Positions 1 to 9,450 of a stretch of DNA of 64,000 nucleotides are shown here, in pieces. The notes under the pieces were generated by a model. It was given only the letters and a program-made list of their open reading frames with translations. It did no database searches and was not told where the DNA came from. Within the stretch, counting starts at the first letter, position 1. Every line of letters begins with the position of its first letter. The translations under genes were made by a program, and so were the position numbers. This stretch comes from a virus: positions 77,153 through 141,152 of IMG/VR virus record IMGVR_UViG_3300025888_000011. The stretch is one strand, 5' to 3'.

Positions 1-64
1 TAGAAAAATAAAAACAATTTTAAACTTAAATGGTTTGAAATATTAAGGAGGGAGTCTATAGAAA

Positions 65-604
65 ATGGATTTCTCAATAAAACAAGGAAAAGAATATATG
101 TCAGATACAAAAAAAGAAGGATATATGAGATTAGCACAAATAATACAATGGGGAAGAAAGTATCCCACAAAATTCGTTGAAAGATTTTTTGGTGTATTTC
201 TATTAGATTATCAAAAATATGTTTTTATGAATAGTTGGTCAACTCCATTTTGTGTATGGTGTCAATGTCGTTCTAGTGGTAAATCAACATTAGGAAGTCC
301 ATTTATAATGGCTAAATCAATATTGATTCCTAATTTTCAAGGGTATTTACTTGCAGGAGATGGCTCTCAGAGTAAGGAATTATTTCAGAAAATTGAGAAA
401 ATTGCTAATAGAGAAATTACCTCATTTACAGGGTTAACAGATGTATTTGGCAACGAATTAGTTAAGAGTGCCTCAAACACCAGTGGATTTACACATAATC
501 CAAATTCCTTTGAATATAAGCTTTATAATGGTTCTAAGGTCAATACCTTAAATTCCGTTCCCGATAACCTTCGTTCGAAAAGAAGCAACTGTAACTTCTA
601 CGAT
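65..604 (+). CDS. terL: Terminase large subunit, exon 1 (ATPase N-terminus)
   Basis: AGGAGGGAG RBS; Walker A-like CRSSGKS; LRSKRSNCNFYD ends at the first Asp of Walker B; the ORF-track extension to 640 is intron read-through. Confidence 0.9.
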
Positions 605-879
605 AAACTTTTGTCGCCTTATATAGTAATATATAAGTGAAAATTATTCAATATCGGTGAATCCTAAGTCAGAAATGATATGGCGATACCGAGATAAGTT
701 AAAGGTTTAAAAACTTTTGACCATCGTAACGCATAGAGATTGAAACTTTATATTAATATTATAAAGATATAAAATATCTCCAAGAGTGAATAACAACCTT
801 GTAGGTTGAAAATGTATGCTGAACTTATAAGAAATTATAAGAAGTAGAGGATAAAAAGCCTTTACGATAACAAAAATTG
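605..879 (+). ncRNA. Group I intron 1 (ORF-less) in terL
   Basis: Exon ends U604 and pairs CGAU/GUCG (P1 with U-G); P4 TCGGT/ACCGA; P7 AACGCATA (728-735)/TATGCT (815-820); terminal G879; splicing restores FYD|EAGF in frame. Confidence 0.92.
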
Positions 880-2193
880 GAAGCAGGTTTCATACCAGAC
901 GATTTATTTGTAACAACAGAGCCATTTACAACACAAAATAGTAACTTTGCTTTAGGTGGTGAATCACAAGATGTAACTTTAATACCTAAACAATTTCCTA
1001 ATCAGTTAATTTACGCTTCATCAGCATCAAGTATTGACCAATATTTCTTTAAAAAATATAAGGAATTTTCTAAAAGAATGTTTTTAGGGGATAAAAAGTA
1101 TTTTGTTGCAGATATAAAAGATGAGGTTGTAATGAGTGCAACATTTAATGGAAAAGTGTATCCTGTATCTCTGTTAGTTCAAGAAACAATAGATAATGCT
1201 ATGAGAGAAAACCCTGAAAAAGCAAATAGAGAATATAAAAATATATTTTCTAAAGAGGGTGGAGACAATCAAATTATTAAACGTGCAAGCATTATAAGAA
1301 ATTCTAAAAATTACAAACCTATACTAACGAATGAAACTAATGAAATGAAGTTTATTTTAGCTCAAGACCCAGCAAGAAAATCTGATAATTCTATTACAAC
1401 TATAGGATTGTTATATCACGATGAACATGTTGGTTATAAATTGAGATTATGTAATTGTGTTAATTTTCTTGATAAAGGAAACAAAGTTAAACAACAAATG
1501 AGAATACCAGACCAAATCAAAGAAGTTAAAATTTTATTAAATAGTTACAATGGAAAAGGCAAGGCACAGTGCGAAAACATACATAAGTTGTTGGTTGATG
1601 CAGGAGCTGGAGGTCAAGGACTGTCAATAGCAGATGAATTTATGGAAGATTATAAAATTGACGGAAAAGACTATAGAGGATTGATAGATAAAGAAAACTG
1701 TTCAGAATATATTACTACATTTCCTAATGCTTTAGATAAACTTAAATTAATATCCCCACAAAAATATAAGAGAGATATGTTTGATGCTCTAGTAGAAATG
1801 ATGAATATGGACTTAATTGAATTCCCTTCAAATTATGACGGTAGAGGATATTTACGGTTTGAGGAGAGTATGACAGAATGTTATACGGATGAAGATAACA
1901 AATCGAAAAAGAAAACTGAAGCAAAGGAAAATATATATAAATTAAGTGATGATGAAATTTTATCTTTAGTAAATTTAGATTTAGCAAAAGAAGAATTGGT
2001 CAATATTCATAGGATAGATTCATCAAATGAGAATTATAGATACGACTTACCTGCCGACAAAAAAAGAAAGATGCATGACGATAAAGCGTATACGATTGCG
2101 ATGCTCGCGTGGGAGTTAAAAAATATAAGAAGAGATGAATTTTATGAAGGTAAAGGAAAGCAAAAAGTAAACATCTTGGATTATTGCATGTAA
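880..2193 (+). CDS. terL: Terminase large subunit, exon 2 (rest of ATPase plus RNase H-like nuclease)
   Basis: EAGF completes Walker B; YASSAS coupling motif; LAQDPARKSD and MHDDKAY nuclease motifs. Confidence 0.9.
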   Translation, partial: EAGFIPDDLFVTTEPFTTQNSNFALGGESQDVTLIPKQFPNQLIYASSASSIDQYFFKKYKEFSKRMFLGDKKYFVADIKDEVVMSATFNGKVYPVSLLVQETIDNAMRENPEKANREYKNIFSKEGGDNQIIKRASIIRNSKNYKPILTNETNEMKFILAQDPARKSDNSITTIGLLYHDEHVGYKLRLCNCVNFLDKGNKVKQQMRIPDQIKEVKILLNSYNGKGKAQCENIHKLLVDAGAGGQGLSIADEFMEDYKIDGKDYRGLIDKENCSEYITTFPNALDKLKLISPQKYKRDMFDALVEMMNMDLIEFPSNYDGRGYLRFEESMTECYTDEDNKSKKKTEAKENIYKLSDDEILSLVNLDLAKEELVNIHRIDSSNENYRYDLPADKKRKMHDDKAYTIAMLAWELKNIRRDEFYEGKGKQKVNILDYCM

Positions 2194-2254
2194 ATAATAA
2201 TATAAAACTATAAACACACAATTTCCAAATCCTCAAAGAAAGGAGGTATACAAA

Positions 2255-3829
2255 TTGACAACTAAAAAAATAACTAAAGAATCAATAGAATTATCTCAAT
2301 CATTAAAAGAAACTCAAGAACTTGAAGAAGAATCTCATCGTGATTATGTATCATTTGCAAAAGATAGTTCTGTTTCAAATAAATCTTCTGCATATTCTTC
2401 TATTCAAAATAATAAAGCAAGGAAAACATCTAAAAGTAATATAAAGAAATTTTTAGATAATCCTACTGACAATTATTTACAATTACAACAGTCTTCACAA
2501 TATCTTAAAAATACAAATGGTATTTATAATAGATTAATATTCTATTTTTCATCATTATTAACATATGAACATTATTTATACCCTGTAGTGAGTTCAGATA
2601 AATTGGATAACGATAAAAAAGTAACAAAAGTTTATGAAGACGTTGCAATAAATTTAGAAAAATATAATTTAAAGTTTAATTTACCTAAATTTACAGAATA
2701 CATATTTACAGATGGAGAAGTATTTTTATATAAATTAGAAGATACAAAAGGAATTGTATTTAAGAAAATTCCAAATGAATATTGTAGAGTTAGTCAAATG
2801 GAAGATGGAGTTTTTAGATATGAAATAAATGTTACTAAATTTACAGATATTACAATACAAGAATTTCCACAAGAATTTCAAAATTTATATAACGTATTTC
2901 ATGATAAAGAAAAATCAGATAAAAATAAGAAACAGAATAAGAATCAAAACAATATTCTCAATAATATTAATAACAACTATATAAATTATGGATGGTTTCA
3001 AATTAGTAATAAAGGAGTTTGTTTTCCTACTCAATGGAATAATTTTCATTCATTTCCTATGATGTCCTATTTATTACCAGATATTATGGATATAGATTCT
3101 ATTAAGGATTTAAAGAAAGATTCTGATAGATTAGATAATACAAAATTTATACATAGTAAAGTTGAAACTAATAAAGATACTGGATTACCTGTAATGGATT
3201 TAGATATTGTAAAAGCATATAACAAATCTATTCAAGATAAATTGCCTGATGGAATGGTAGCTATTACTAATCCATTTGTAACAAACTCTATTCAACTAGC
3301 AGGAAGTCAAAGTAATATAAATAATATTGTTGAACAAGCTACAGATTATATTTATTCAAGTGCAGGAGTAAGTGATTTACTCTTTTCTAATAAGAAATCA
3401 TCTAGTGAAGCACTTAAACAATCTATTGCAGTTGATGTTCAAATACTATTATCATTTATATTACCATTATATATTAATTATATAAACTTTGAATTAAGAC
3501 AATATAATTCTGTTTATAGATTTGCTGTAAGAATATTAGAAACAACATTATTATCTAGAAAAGATGATTTAACACTTAGTATGGCAAGTATGAATGTAGG
3601 CGGTTCTAGATTAAAGTTTATGGCTTTATGTGGACATACTCCTATTGAAGCGAGAACTCTTAGAAAACTAGAGAATGCTTTAGGTATGGATGAATTATTA
3701 ACTCCTAAATTAAATGGTAATGTAATTAGTGGAAATGCAGATGGAACTTCAAATGTTGGAGGAGCACCTACAGCTGAATCAACAGGAACGGTAGGAGATA
3801 ACACAGAAAAGGCTAACGAAAACAAGTAA
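2255..3829 (+). CDS. Portal protein
   Basis: 524 aa directly after terL, AGGAGG RBS, SPbeta-like synteny. Confidence 0.75.
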   Translation: MTTKKITKESIELSQSLKETQELEEESHRDYVSFAKDSSVSNKSSAYSSIQNNKARKTSKSNIKKFLDNPTDNYLQLQQSSQYLKNTNGIYNRLIFYFSSLLTYEHYLYPVVSSDKLDNDKKVTKVYEDVAINLEKYNLKFNLPKFTEYIFTDGEVFLYKLEDTKGIVFKKIPNEYCRVSQMEDGVFRYEINVTKFTDITIQEFPQEFQNLYNVFHDKEKSDKNKKQNKNQNNILNNINNNYINYGWFQISNKGVCFPTQWNNFHSFPMMSYLLPDIMDIDSIKDLKKDSDRLDNTKFIHSKVETNKDTGLPVMDLDIVKAYNKSIQDKLPDGMVAITNPFVTNSIQLAGSQSNINNIVEQATDYIYSSAGVSDLLFSNKKSSSEALKQSIAVDVQILLSFILPLYINYINFELRQYNSVYRFAVRILETTLLSRKDDLTLSMASMNVGGSRLKFMALCGHTPIEARTLRKLENALGMDELLTPKLNGNVISGNADGTSNVGGAPTAESTGTVGDNTEKANENK

Positions 3830-3859
3830 ATAATATAAAACATATGGACGATAAAGGAT

Positions 3860-4054
3860 GTGATAAAAATGTTTATATATTGTTTTGAAAAGAAAGATAA
3901 GGAAGATTTGATTTCTAAGGGATATAGGTATTTAAAAGAAGAAACTGTTGGTCTTGGCGATAAAAAAGCCTATGTGTTTATAGATGATAATAAACTGAAT
4001 TTTGAAGAATTAGATAATAAGAAGTTTATTAAAAGTAATAAGATGAATTTCTAA
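3860..4054 (+). CDS. Small hypothetical protein (DUF5659-like)
   Basis: FIYCF..L..KGY.Y..AYVF pattern resembles small ORFs at 9244, 18334 and 48862; likely start ATG 3869. Confidence 0.55.
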   Translation: MIKMFIYCFEKKDKEDLISKGYRYLKEETVGLGDKKAYVFIDDNKLNFEELDNKKFIKSNKMNF

Positions 4055-4074
4055 GTGAAGGGAGGTGAAAATTA

Positions 4075-5457
4075 GTGGAATACAAATATATACCAACTAA
4101 ATTTGAATCAATAGGTAATACAGACAAAGTAAATGATGAGTTTGTTCGTTGCTCGATTTCGGTTCTCGGATTGGAACAGGTAGCAAATAATACTCATTTT
4201 AATAAAGAAAGCGTAGATAAAGCAACCCCAACTTTAGGATATATACCAGTAATAGGATATATGAGAGAAGGAGAGTTTCAAGGACATGGACAAGAAATAG
4301 TTCTTAAAGATGATGGTGGAGTAGAATTTATTGTAAAAACAATCCCTTACGGTGTAGTTATAAAAGATTCAGCAAGATATGAGGATATGACTCATTTAAA
4401 TGGGACAAAAGAATCTTATTTAGTGACAGATTGTTATATTTGGAGAAGATATTTAGATGATGTAGATATGATTAATTCGTTGAAACAAAGCATGGAAATT
4501 ATGGTTAATAATTGTGATTGGGATGAAAATGGAGTATTACAAATTACAGATTTTTCCTTCTCTGCTCTTTGCATGATTTCCGTAGAACCTGCTTTTGAAC
4601 TTTCTAAGATAAGAACATTAGACAAATTCTCTAAATCAGACTTTAAGGCAGAATATACAGCAATGTGTGGGGCTTTAGATATATATTTAAGCGATAATAA
4701 AATAAAAGAAAGTAGGGTGATAAAAAAGATGGAAAATAAAATTGAAGAAGAAGTAGTAGAAGTAAAATTAGCAGAAGAGACTCCTGTTGAGGAAATAGTT
4801 GAAATGACTAAAGAACCGATTGTTAAAGATGAAGAAAAAATAGAATTAAAAGAGGCTAAGAAAAAGGAAGACCCAAAAACAGTAGAACCAAAAGTTCCAA
4901 CTGAAAAAGGCACACCTGTAGAACCAGTAGTTCCAGTTAACAAAACTATACCTGAAGATAAAAAGAAGAAAAAGGTTGTTGCAGAAAAGGTAGTAGAAGA
5001 AGTTGTAAGCGTGAATTTTGAAGCAGAATACGATTCTATAAAATCTAGTTTTGATAAACTTGAAATTAGTAATAATGAATTGAAGGCAAAATTCAATGAC
5101 ATTACATCACAATTTGAAACTTTAAATACAGAAGTAATCTCTCTGAGAGAGTTTAAACTTAATGAAGAAAATCAGAAAGCATTTGAATTGAGAAAAATTG
5201 AAGTTGATAAAATTATAGCAGAATTCTCTTTTGAAGAAGAAGAGATTAAAGACATACGTCAAAAAGCGTACTCTAATGAAATTGCAACAGAGGAATTGGA
5301 AAATTCTTTATTTACATTAGAAGGAAGAAAACTTCATGCTAAAAAACAATTTTCAGCTAAGAAAGTAGAAGCAATAGTTGAAAAACCTGTAGTTAAAATT
5401 ACAGAAGAACAAACAGTTAAAAGTGTTTACGGTTCAGCCGATAAATATTTTAAATAG
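4075..5457 (+). CDS. Prohead protease/scaffold fusion
   Basis: Between portal and capsid; N-terminal QSMEI..FSALC..VEPAF protease-like region; acidic coiled-coil C-terminus; in-frame internal ATG 4729 with RBS. Confidence 0.7.
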   Translation: MEYKYIPTKFESIGNTDKVNDEFVRCSISVLGLEQVANNTHFNKESVDKATPTLGYIPVIGYMREGEFQGHGQEIVLKDDGGVEFIVKTIPYGVVIKDSARYEDMTHLNGTKESYLVTDCYIWRRYLDDVDMINSLKQSMEIMVNNCDWDENGVLQITDFSFSALCMISVEPAFELSKIRTLDKFSKSDFKAEYTAMCGALDIYLSDNKIKESRVIKKMENKIEEEVVEVKLAEETPVEEIVEMTKEPIVKDEEKIELKEAKKKEDPKTVEPKVPTEKGTPVEPVVPVNKTIPEDKKKKKVVAEKVVEEVVSVNFEAEYDSIKSSFDKLEISNNELKAKFNDITSQFETLNTEVISLREFKLNEENQKAFELRKIEVDKIIAEFSFEEEEIKDIRQKAYSNEIATEELENSLFTLEGRKLHAKKQFSAKKVEAIVEKPVVKITEEQTVKSVYGSADKYFK

Positions 5458-5520
5458 TAACAATACAAGATATTAATATAAAAACAACAAAACAAATTAA
5501 AATTCGAGGAGGAATATATA

Positions 5521-5976
5521 ATGATAAGATTAGACAAAATTAAAGGTTCAGCTCACATAGCTTCATTTACATTCGCAACAACTTTAACAAACGGTGCAGT
5601 AGTTGCATTAGGTGCTTTAAACACAGACGGTGAAAGTTACATAGGTGGTGCTGTAGCTAACGTTGCTACAGATAAAATAGTTTTTCATGCTTCAGTAGAA
5701 TTACAATATGCAGTTGATGCAATGGAAGAGGATTACACTCTTAAAATAGGTGGTAAAGGTAGAGGTTATATTCTTGAAAAAGGAGATATCGTAACAATTA
5801 CAGATGACCAACTTACTGGAACTACAGTTGTAGGTGGATTTGTATTACCAGTAGTAGGAACTAAACTTGCTTTTAGTGCATCAGCTAGAACAACTGAAAA
5901 TTTAGCTTTCCAAGTAATAGAAAAAACAACTCTTGGTGGAGCAGTAGCAACAGCTTTAGAAGTAATATACGCTTAA
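5521..5976 (+). CDS. Head decoration/capsid stabilising protein
   Basis: 151 aa beta-rich protein directly before the major capsid; strong RBS and highly expressed codon usage. Confidence 0.6.
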   Translation: MIRLDKIKGSAHIASFTFATTLTNGAVVALGALNTDGESYIGGAVANVATDKIVFHASVELQYAVDAMEEDYTLKIGGKGRGYILEKGDIVTITDDQLTGTTVVGGFVLPVVGTKLAFSASARTTENLAFQVIEKTTLGGAVATALEVIYA

Positions 5977-6032
5977 TTTATAAAAATAAAATAATATAAA
6001 AATTAATAATACAATTCGAGGAGGAATATATA

Positions 6033-7010
6033 ATGATAGCAAAAATGACTGATTTACAGAAAGTATCTTTAGATACATATAGGGGTGTTGTAACAAACTA
6101 CTCTACATCAGAAGGAAATGACGCAATAAGAAATGCAATATTAGAAGCAGTAGGTGGCGAATGGTCTTATAATAAATTTATGAAAAATCAATATGATGTA
6201 TATGAGATTCTTATTGAAACACTTTCTATTGGAATGGGAACTCTTTTATTAGACCAATTAAACAACTTTGTTGAAATGAAAGATACTAATTTAGGAGATA
6301 CTACTACATTTATTGTAGAGGATAATTCTTTATTTAAAGTAGCATCTATATGTGATGGTAACACAGATATCAGAAGACAGAAATTACATTCAAGAAAATT
6401 CCCAATAACTACTGAAAGACTTGGTTTAAAGGTGTATGCTGATTTAGAGATGTTTATGGCAAATAGAATAGATTGGACTAAAATGATAAACAGAGTTTCA
6501 GTTTCATTCAATGCAGAAATAGGTAGTAGAATATATAACGCATTATATGCTTCATACGCAGGACTAAACGCTCCTTATGCTGTAACAGGTGTTTTTACAT
6601 CTGAAGCACTAGCAGATATGGTTGCACATGTAGAAGCACAAACAGGTCAAACTGTTGTTATCTATGGTACTAAGAAAGCATTAGGTAAAATTACTAACGC
6701 TAATCTTTCTGATAAAATGAAAGACGAATTACACTTAGTAGGACATTTTGGTAGTTTCCAAGGAACAGAATTACTTGAATTACCACAAGCTCACAAAGCT
6801 AATACAGATACATTTGTAGTAACAGATGACTTCTTACTTGTAGTTCCAAATGGTGAAAAAATAGTAAAGGTTGTTTTAGAAGGAGAACCTACTATGTATG
6901 AAACATCAGCAGGTGCAAGAAACGATGAGCAAATGGAATTCTTCTTTGCTAGAAAAGTTGGTATTGCTGTATTAAAAGCTTCACAATATGGTTTTTACAA
7001 AATATCATAA
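6033..7010 (+). CDS. Major capsid protein
   Basis: 325 aa, position, strong RBS, highly expressed codon bias, followed by a terminator. Confidence 0.8.
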   Translation: MIAKMTDLQKVSLDTYRGVVTNYSTSEGNDAIRNAILEAVGGEWSYNKFMKNQYDVYEILIETLSIGMGTLLLDQLNNFVEMKDTNLGDTTTFIVEDNSLFKVASICDGNTDIRRQKLHSRKFPITTERLGLKVYADLEMFMANRIDWTKMINRVSVSFNAEIGSRIYNALYASYAGLNAPYAVTGVFTSEALADMVAHVEAQTGQTVVIYGTKKALGKITNANLSDKMKDELHLVGHFGSFQGTELLELPQAHKANTDTFVVTDDFLLVVPNGEKIVKVVLEGEPTMYETSAGARNDEQMEFFFARKVGIAVLKASQYGFYKIS

Positions 7011-7026
7011 TAAGAATATAAAATAT

Positions 7027-7059
7027 AAAAGTAGATATATTAATTTATGTCTACTTTTT
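7027..7059 (+). terminator. Intrinsic terminator after capsid gene
   Basis: AAAAGTAGATATA/TATGTCTACTTTT stem plus T tract. Confidence 0.7.
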
Positions 7060-7095
7060 AATAATTAAATTAGATAGAAAAGGAGATTAATAAAA

Positions 7096-7713
7096 ATGGC
7101 AAATGTAAAGAAAGAAACTATAGATGTAGTAGAAAAAGCAGAAGATAAGAAAATAGAGACTAAAGTAGAACCTAAAATAGAGGTTGAAGCAAAAAAGGAA
7201 ACAGTAGTACAACCTAAAAAAAGAATAAAAGTAGATAGAACAACAGAAGTTAAAATAATGAATAATACAAATGGAATATTTATTTATGAAAATGATAAGA
7301 CGAATACGAGTTGTATTCTAACTAAATTTGGTGACGAAGATTATTTAACTATTGATGAATTATTAAAAATGAAAAATTCACATAGAGATATAATTGAGAA
7401 ATTTTGGATAAGAATTGTAAATGTTGAAAATGAAGAAATTGAAATGGAAGATGTATTAAATTTTCTATTGATAGATGATTTATATAAAAATGCATTAAAT
7501 GCTGAACAAGTTGATGAAATGCTTTTAACAGAATCTGATGAAAGATTTGAAACAGTATTTTTAAAACTACATAAAGAATTTAAAAATAGAATAATAGAAA
7601 GAGCTACAATTTTATTTGAAGAAAAAAGATTTAATGATTTCTATAAAATGCAACTTATAACAGAATATTTAAATAACGATGAGTTTTTCAAAGAAATTGC
7701 TGAGAGAAAGTAA
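7096..7713 (+). CDS. Hypothetical head-region protein
   Basis: AGGAG RBS, 205 aa, position after capsid gene. Confidence 0.6.
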   Translation: MANVKKETIDVVEKAEDKKIETKVEPKIEVEAKKETVVQPKKRIKVDRTTEVKIMNNTNGIFIYENDKTNTSCILTKFGDEDYLTIDELLKMKNSHRDIIEKFWIRIVNVENEEIEMEDVLNFLLIDDLYKNALNAEQVDEMLLTESDERFETVFLKLHKEFKNRIIERATILFEEKRFNDFYKMQLITEYLNNDEFFKEIAERK

Positions 7714-7738
7714 TATAAAAAGGTGGTGAAACAAATAA

Positions 7739-8155
7739 ATGGCTACCACATTTCAAGATATATATAATAAATTCTTATTTCAAGTAAGAGATTTAGAGTT
7801 TGATTTATTAGAAGATGCTGAATTAGAACAACTACTATATAATTATTTAGAAAATGCTACAGTAGAATTCAAACAATGTAGAAAAGATTTAAATGATTTT
7901 GATAAAACTTTAGAGCAGTTTAATGTAAATTTATCTATTGAGGAAATATATATCGTTTCTTTAGGAATGGTATTACATTGGTTAAGACCTAAAATCAATA
8001 GAGAAGAACTATTAAAGCAATCTATAGGTGATAGAGATTATAAATTAGCATCTAATTGGCAAACTTTAGGTAAATTAATGGATAGAGAAATAATGATACA
8101 AAATAATCTTAAAAACTACATATCAAAATATCAATATATTGCTAGTGAAATCTAG
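7739..8155 (+). CDS. Putative head-tail adaptor
   Basis: 138 aa helical protein; synteny only. Confidence 0.5.
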   Translation: MATTFQDIYNKFLFQVRDLEFDLLEDAELEQLLYNYLENATVEFKQCRKDLNDFDKTLEQFNVNLSIEEIYIVSLGMVLHWLRPKINREELLKQSIGDRDYKLASNWQTLGKLMDREIMIQNNLKNYISKYQYIASEI

Positions 8156-8173
8156 AAAGGAGGATTTTTTATT

Positions 8174-9214
8174 ATGGGAAAGTTTGATTTATTTAGAAAA
8201 CTAAATACAATAAATGGTAGTACGTCACAAGAAGTAATCGTAAATAATATAGAAAAAGAATTTGACCAATATATAAAAAATACTCCTAATTCTTATATTT
8301 CTACTAGATATAATGATGTAAGTAATGTAGAAATTAAATGTACATTACAAGATGCAGGTTTTAATGATAAGAAAAATGGTGATGAGAAAATACTTTGTAC
8401 TTATTTATCTTGTGATTTAAAACAAGGTGATATTATAAAAATAGAAAGTAAAATATATCTTATTACATTTCAAGAAGATAATACTATTAAAACACATAAT
8501 ACATATATTGTAAGACCTTGTAATAGTCAATTAAAGTTTAAATATAATGGAGTTATTTATTCCATTCCCGCAATTATTACGAATCAAAGTCCATATTTAG
8601 TTGGAGTTGCTGATGGGAAATATTTTGATGTAGGAAACGTGAAATTAAGTTGTTCTCTTGGAATAAATTTATTAAACAAGGATGTAGTTAAAGTTATATT
8701 TAGAGGAATGAGATTTATTCTTTATTCAAATGGAGTAAGAATTGCTTATAAAATAACCTCAACAGATACTATTTCAAAAGAAGGATTATTAGCACTTGTA
8801 TTAGAAGAAAGTAACGACTTAAAAATTGAGGATGTGGGAGATGTGGCTTTTAACAATTATGAAACTAATACCGAACTAGAAACACCTGTGATTCCAACAC
8901 CAACATATAAGATAGTTAGTTCTACAGGGGATGTTAATTATTTATTTAATGGAAGTGTTAGAACATTTAAGGTTGTCAGTGCAGATGGTACAACTATAAC
9001 AGATAACTCATTTACTTTTACTCTAGGTCAAAGTTCAACTAATCCTGCTATGACACCAATAATGCTTATAACTCTCATAGATAATAAAACAACCTTAGCT
9101 GTGCGTTTAACTCCACATGTTACAAATAAAGGATATTTCCTTTTAATTGCCACAGATTCTTTAGGTAATATAACTAGTCGAGAATTACGAGTGAAGGGAA
9201 ATTATGATATATAA
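8174..9214 (+). CDS. Putative head-closure/neck protein with beta-rich C-terminus
   Basis: AGGAGG RBS; synteny; beta-strand rich. Confidence 0.45.
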   Translation: MGKFDLFRKLNTINGSTSQEVIVNNIEKEFDQYIKNTPNSYISTRYNDVSNVEIKCTLQDAGFNDKKNGDEKILCTYLSCDLKQGDIIKIESKIYLITFQEDNTIKTHNTYIVRPCNSQLKFKYNGVIYSIPAIITNQSPYLVGVADGKYFDVGNVKLSCSLGINLLNKDVVKVIFRGMRFILYSNGVRIAYKITSTDTISKEGLLALVLEESNDLKIEDVGDVAFNNYETNTELETPVIPTPTYKIVSSTGDVNYLFNGSVRTFKVVSADGTTITDNSFTFTLGQSSTNPAMTPIMLITLIDNKTTLAVRLTPHVTNKGYFLLIATDSLGNITSRELRVKGNYDI

Positions 9215-9243
9215 ATAATATAAAAGATTAAAGGAGTATTTAT

Positions 9244-9402
9244 ATGAAAATATTTAATATTAAACAAGCAGATATATTCATTAAGAACTCTGCTACTCCA
9301 ATAGGAGTAAATACAGGGAATAAATTTAAAGTGTTCATAGAATTTGAAGAAAACCAAATATTTAAAGATTTAATGGTGCGATGGCTAAATAAAGAATTTT
9401 AG
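9244..9402 (+). CDS. 52 aa small protein absent from ORF track (DUF5659-like)
   Basis: AAGGAG RBS; MKIFNIKQADIFIKNSATPIGVNTGNKFKVFIEFEENQIFKDLMVRWLNKEF; resembles 18334 and 48862. Confidence 0.65.
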   Translation: MKIFNIKQADIFIKNSATPIGVNTGNKFKVFIEFEENQIFKDLMVRWLNKEF

Positions 9403-9450
9403 CTATTTTTTATTGCCCAAAATAATACGATTTAAGGGAGGATTTATAAT

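Noticed and set aside
65-2193. terL, tail tube and tape measure as pseudogenes or separate gene pairs
   Set aside because: The gaps contain complete group I cores and splicing restores conserved motifs
2915-2990. Asn-rich stretch in the portal gene
   Set aside because: In-frame low-complexity loop consistent with AT drift
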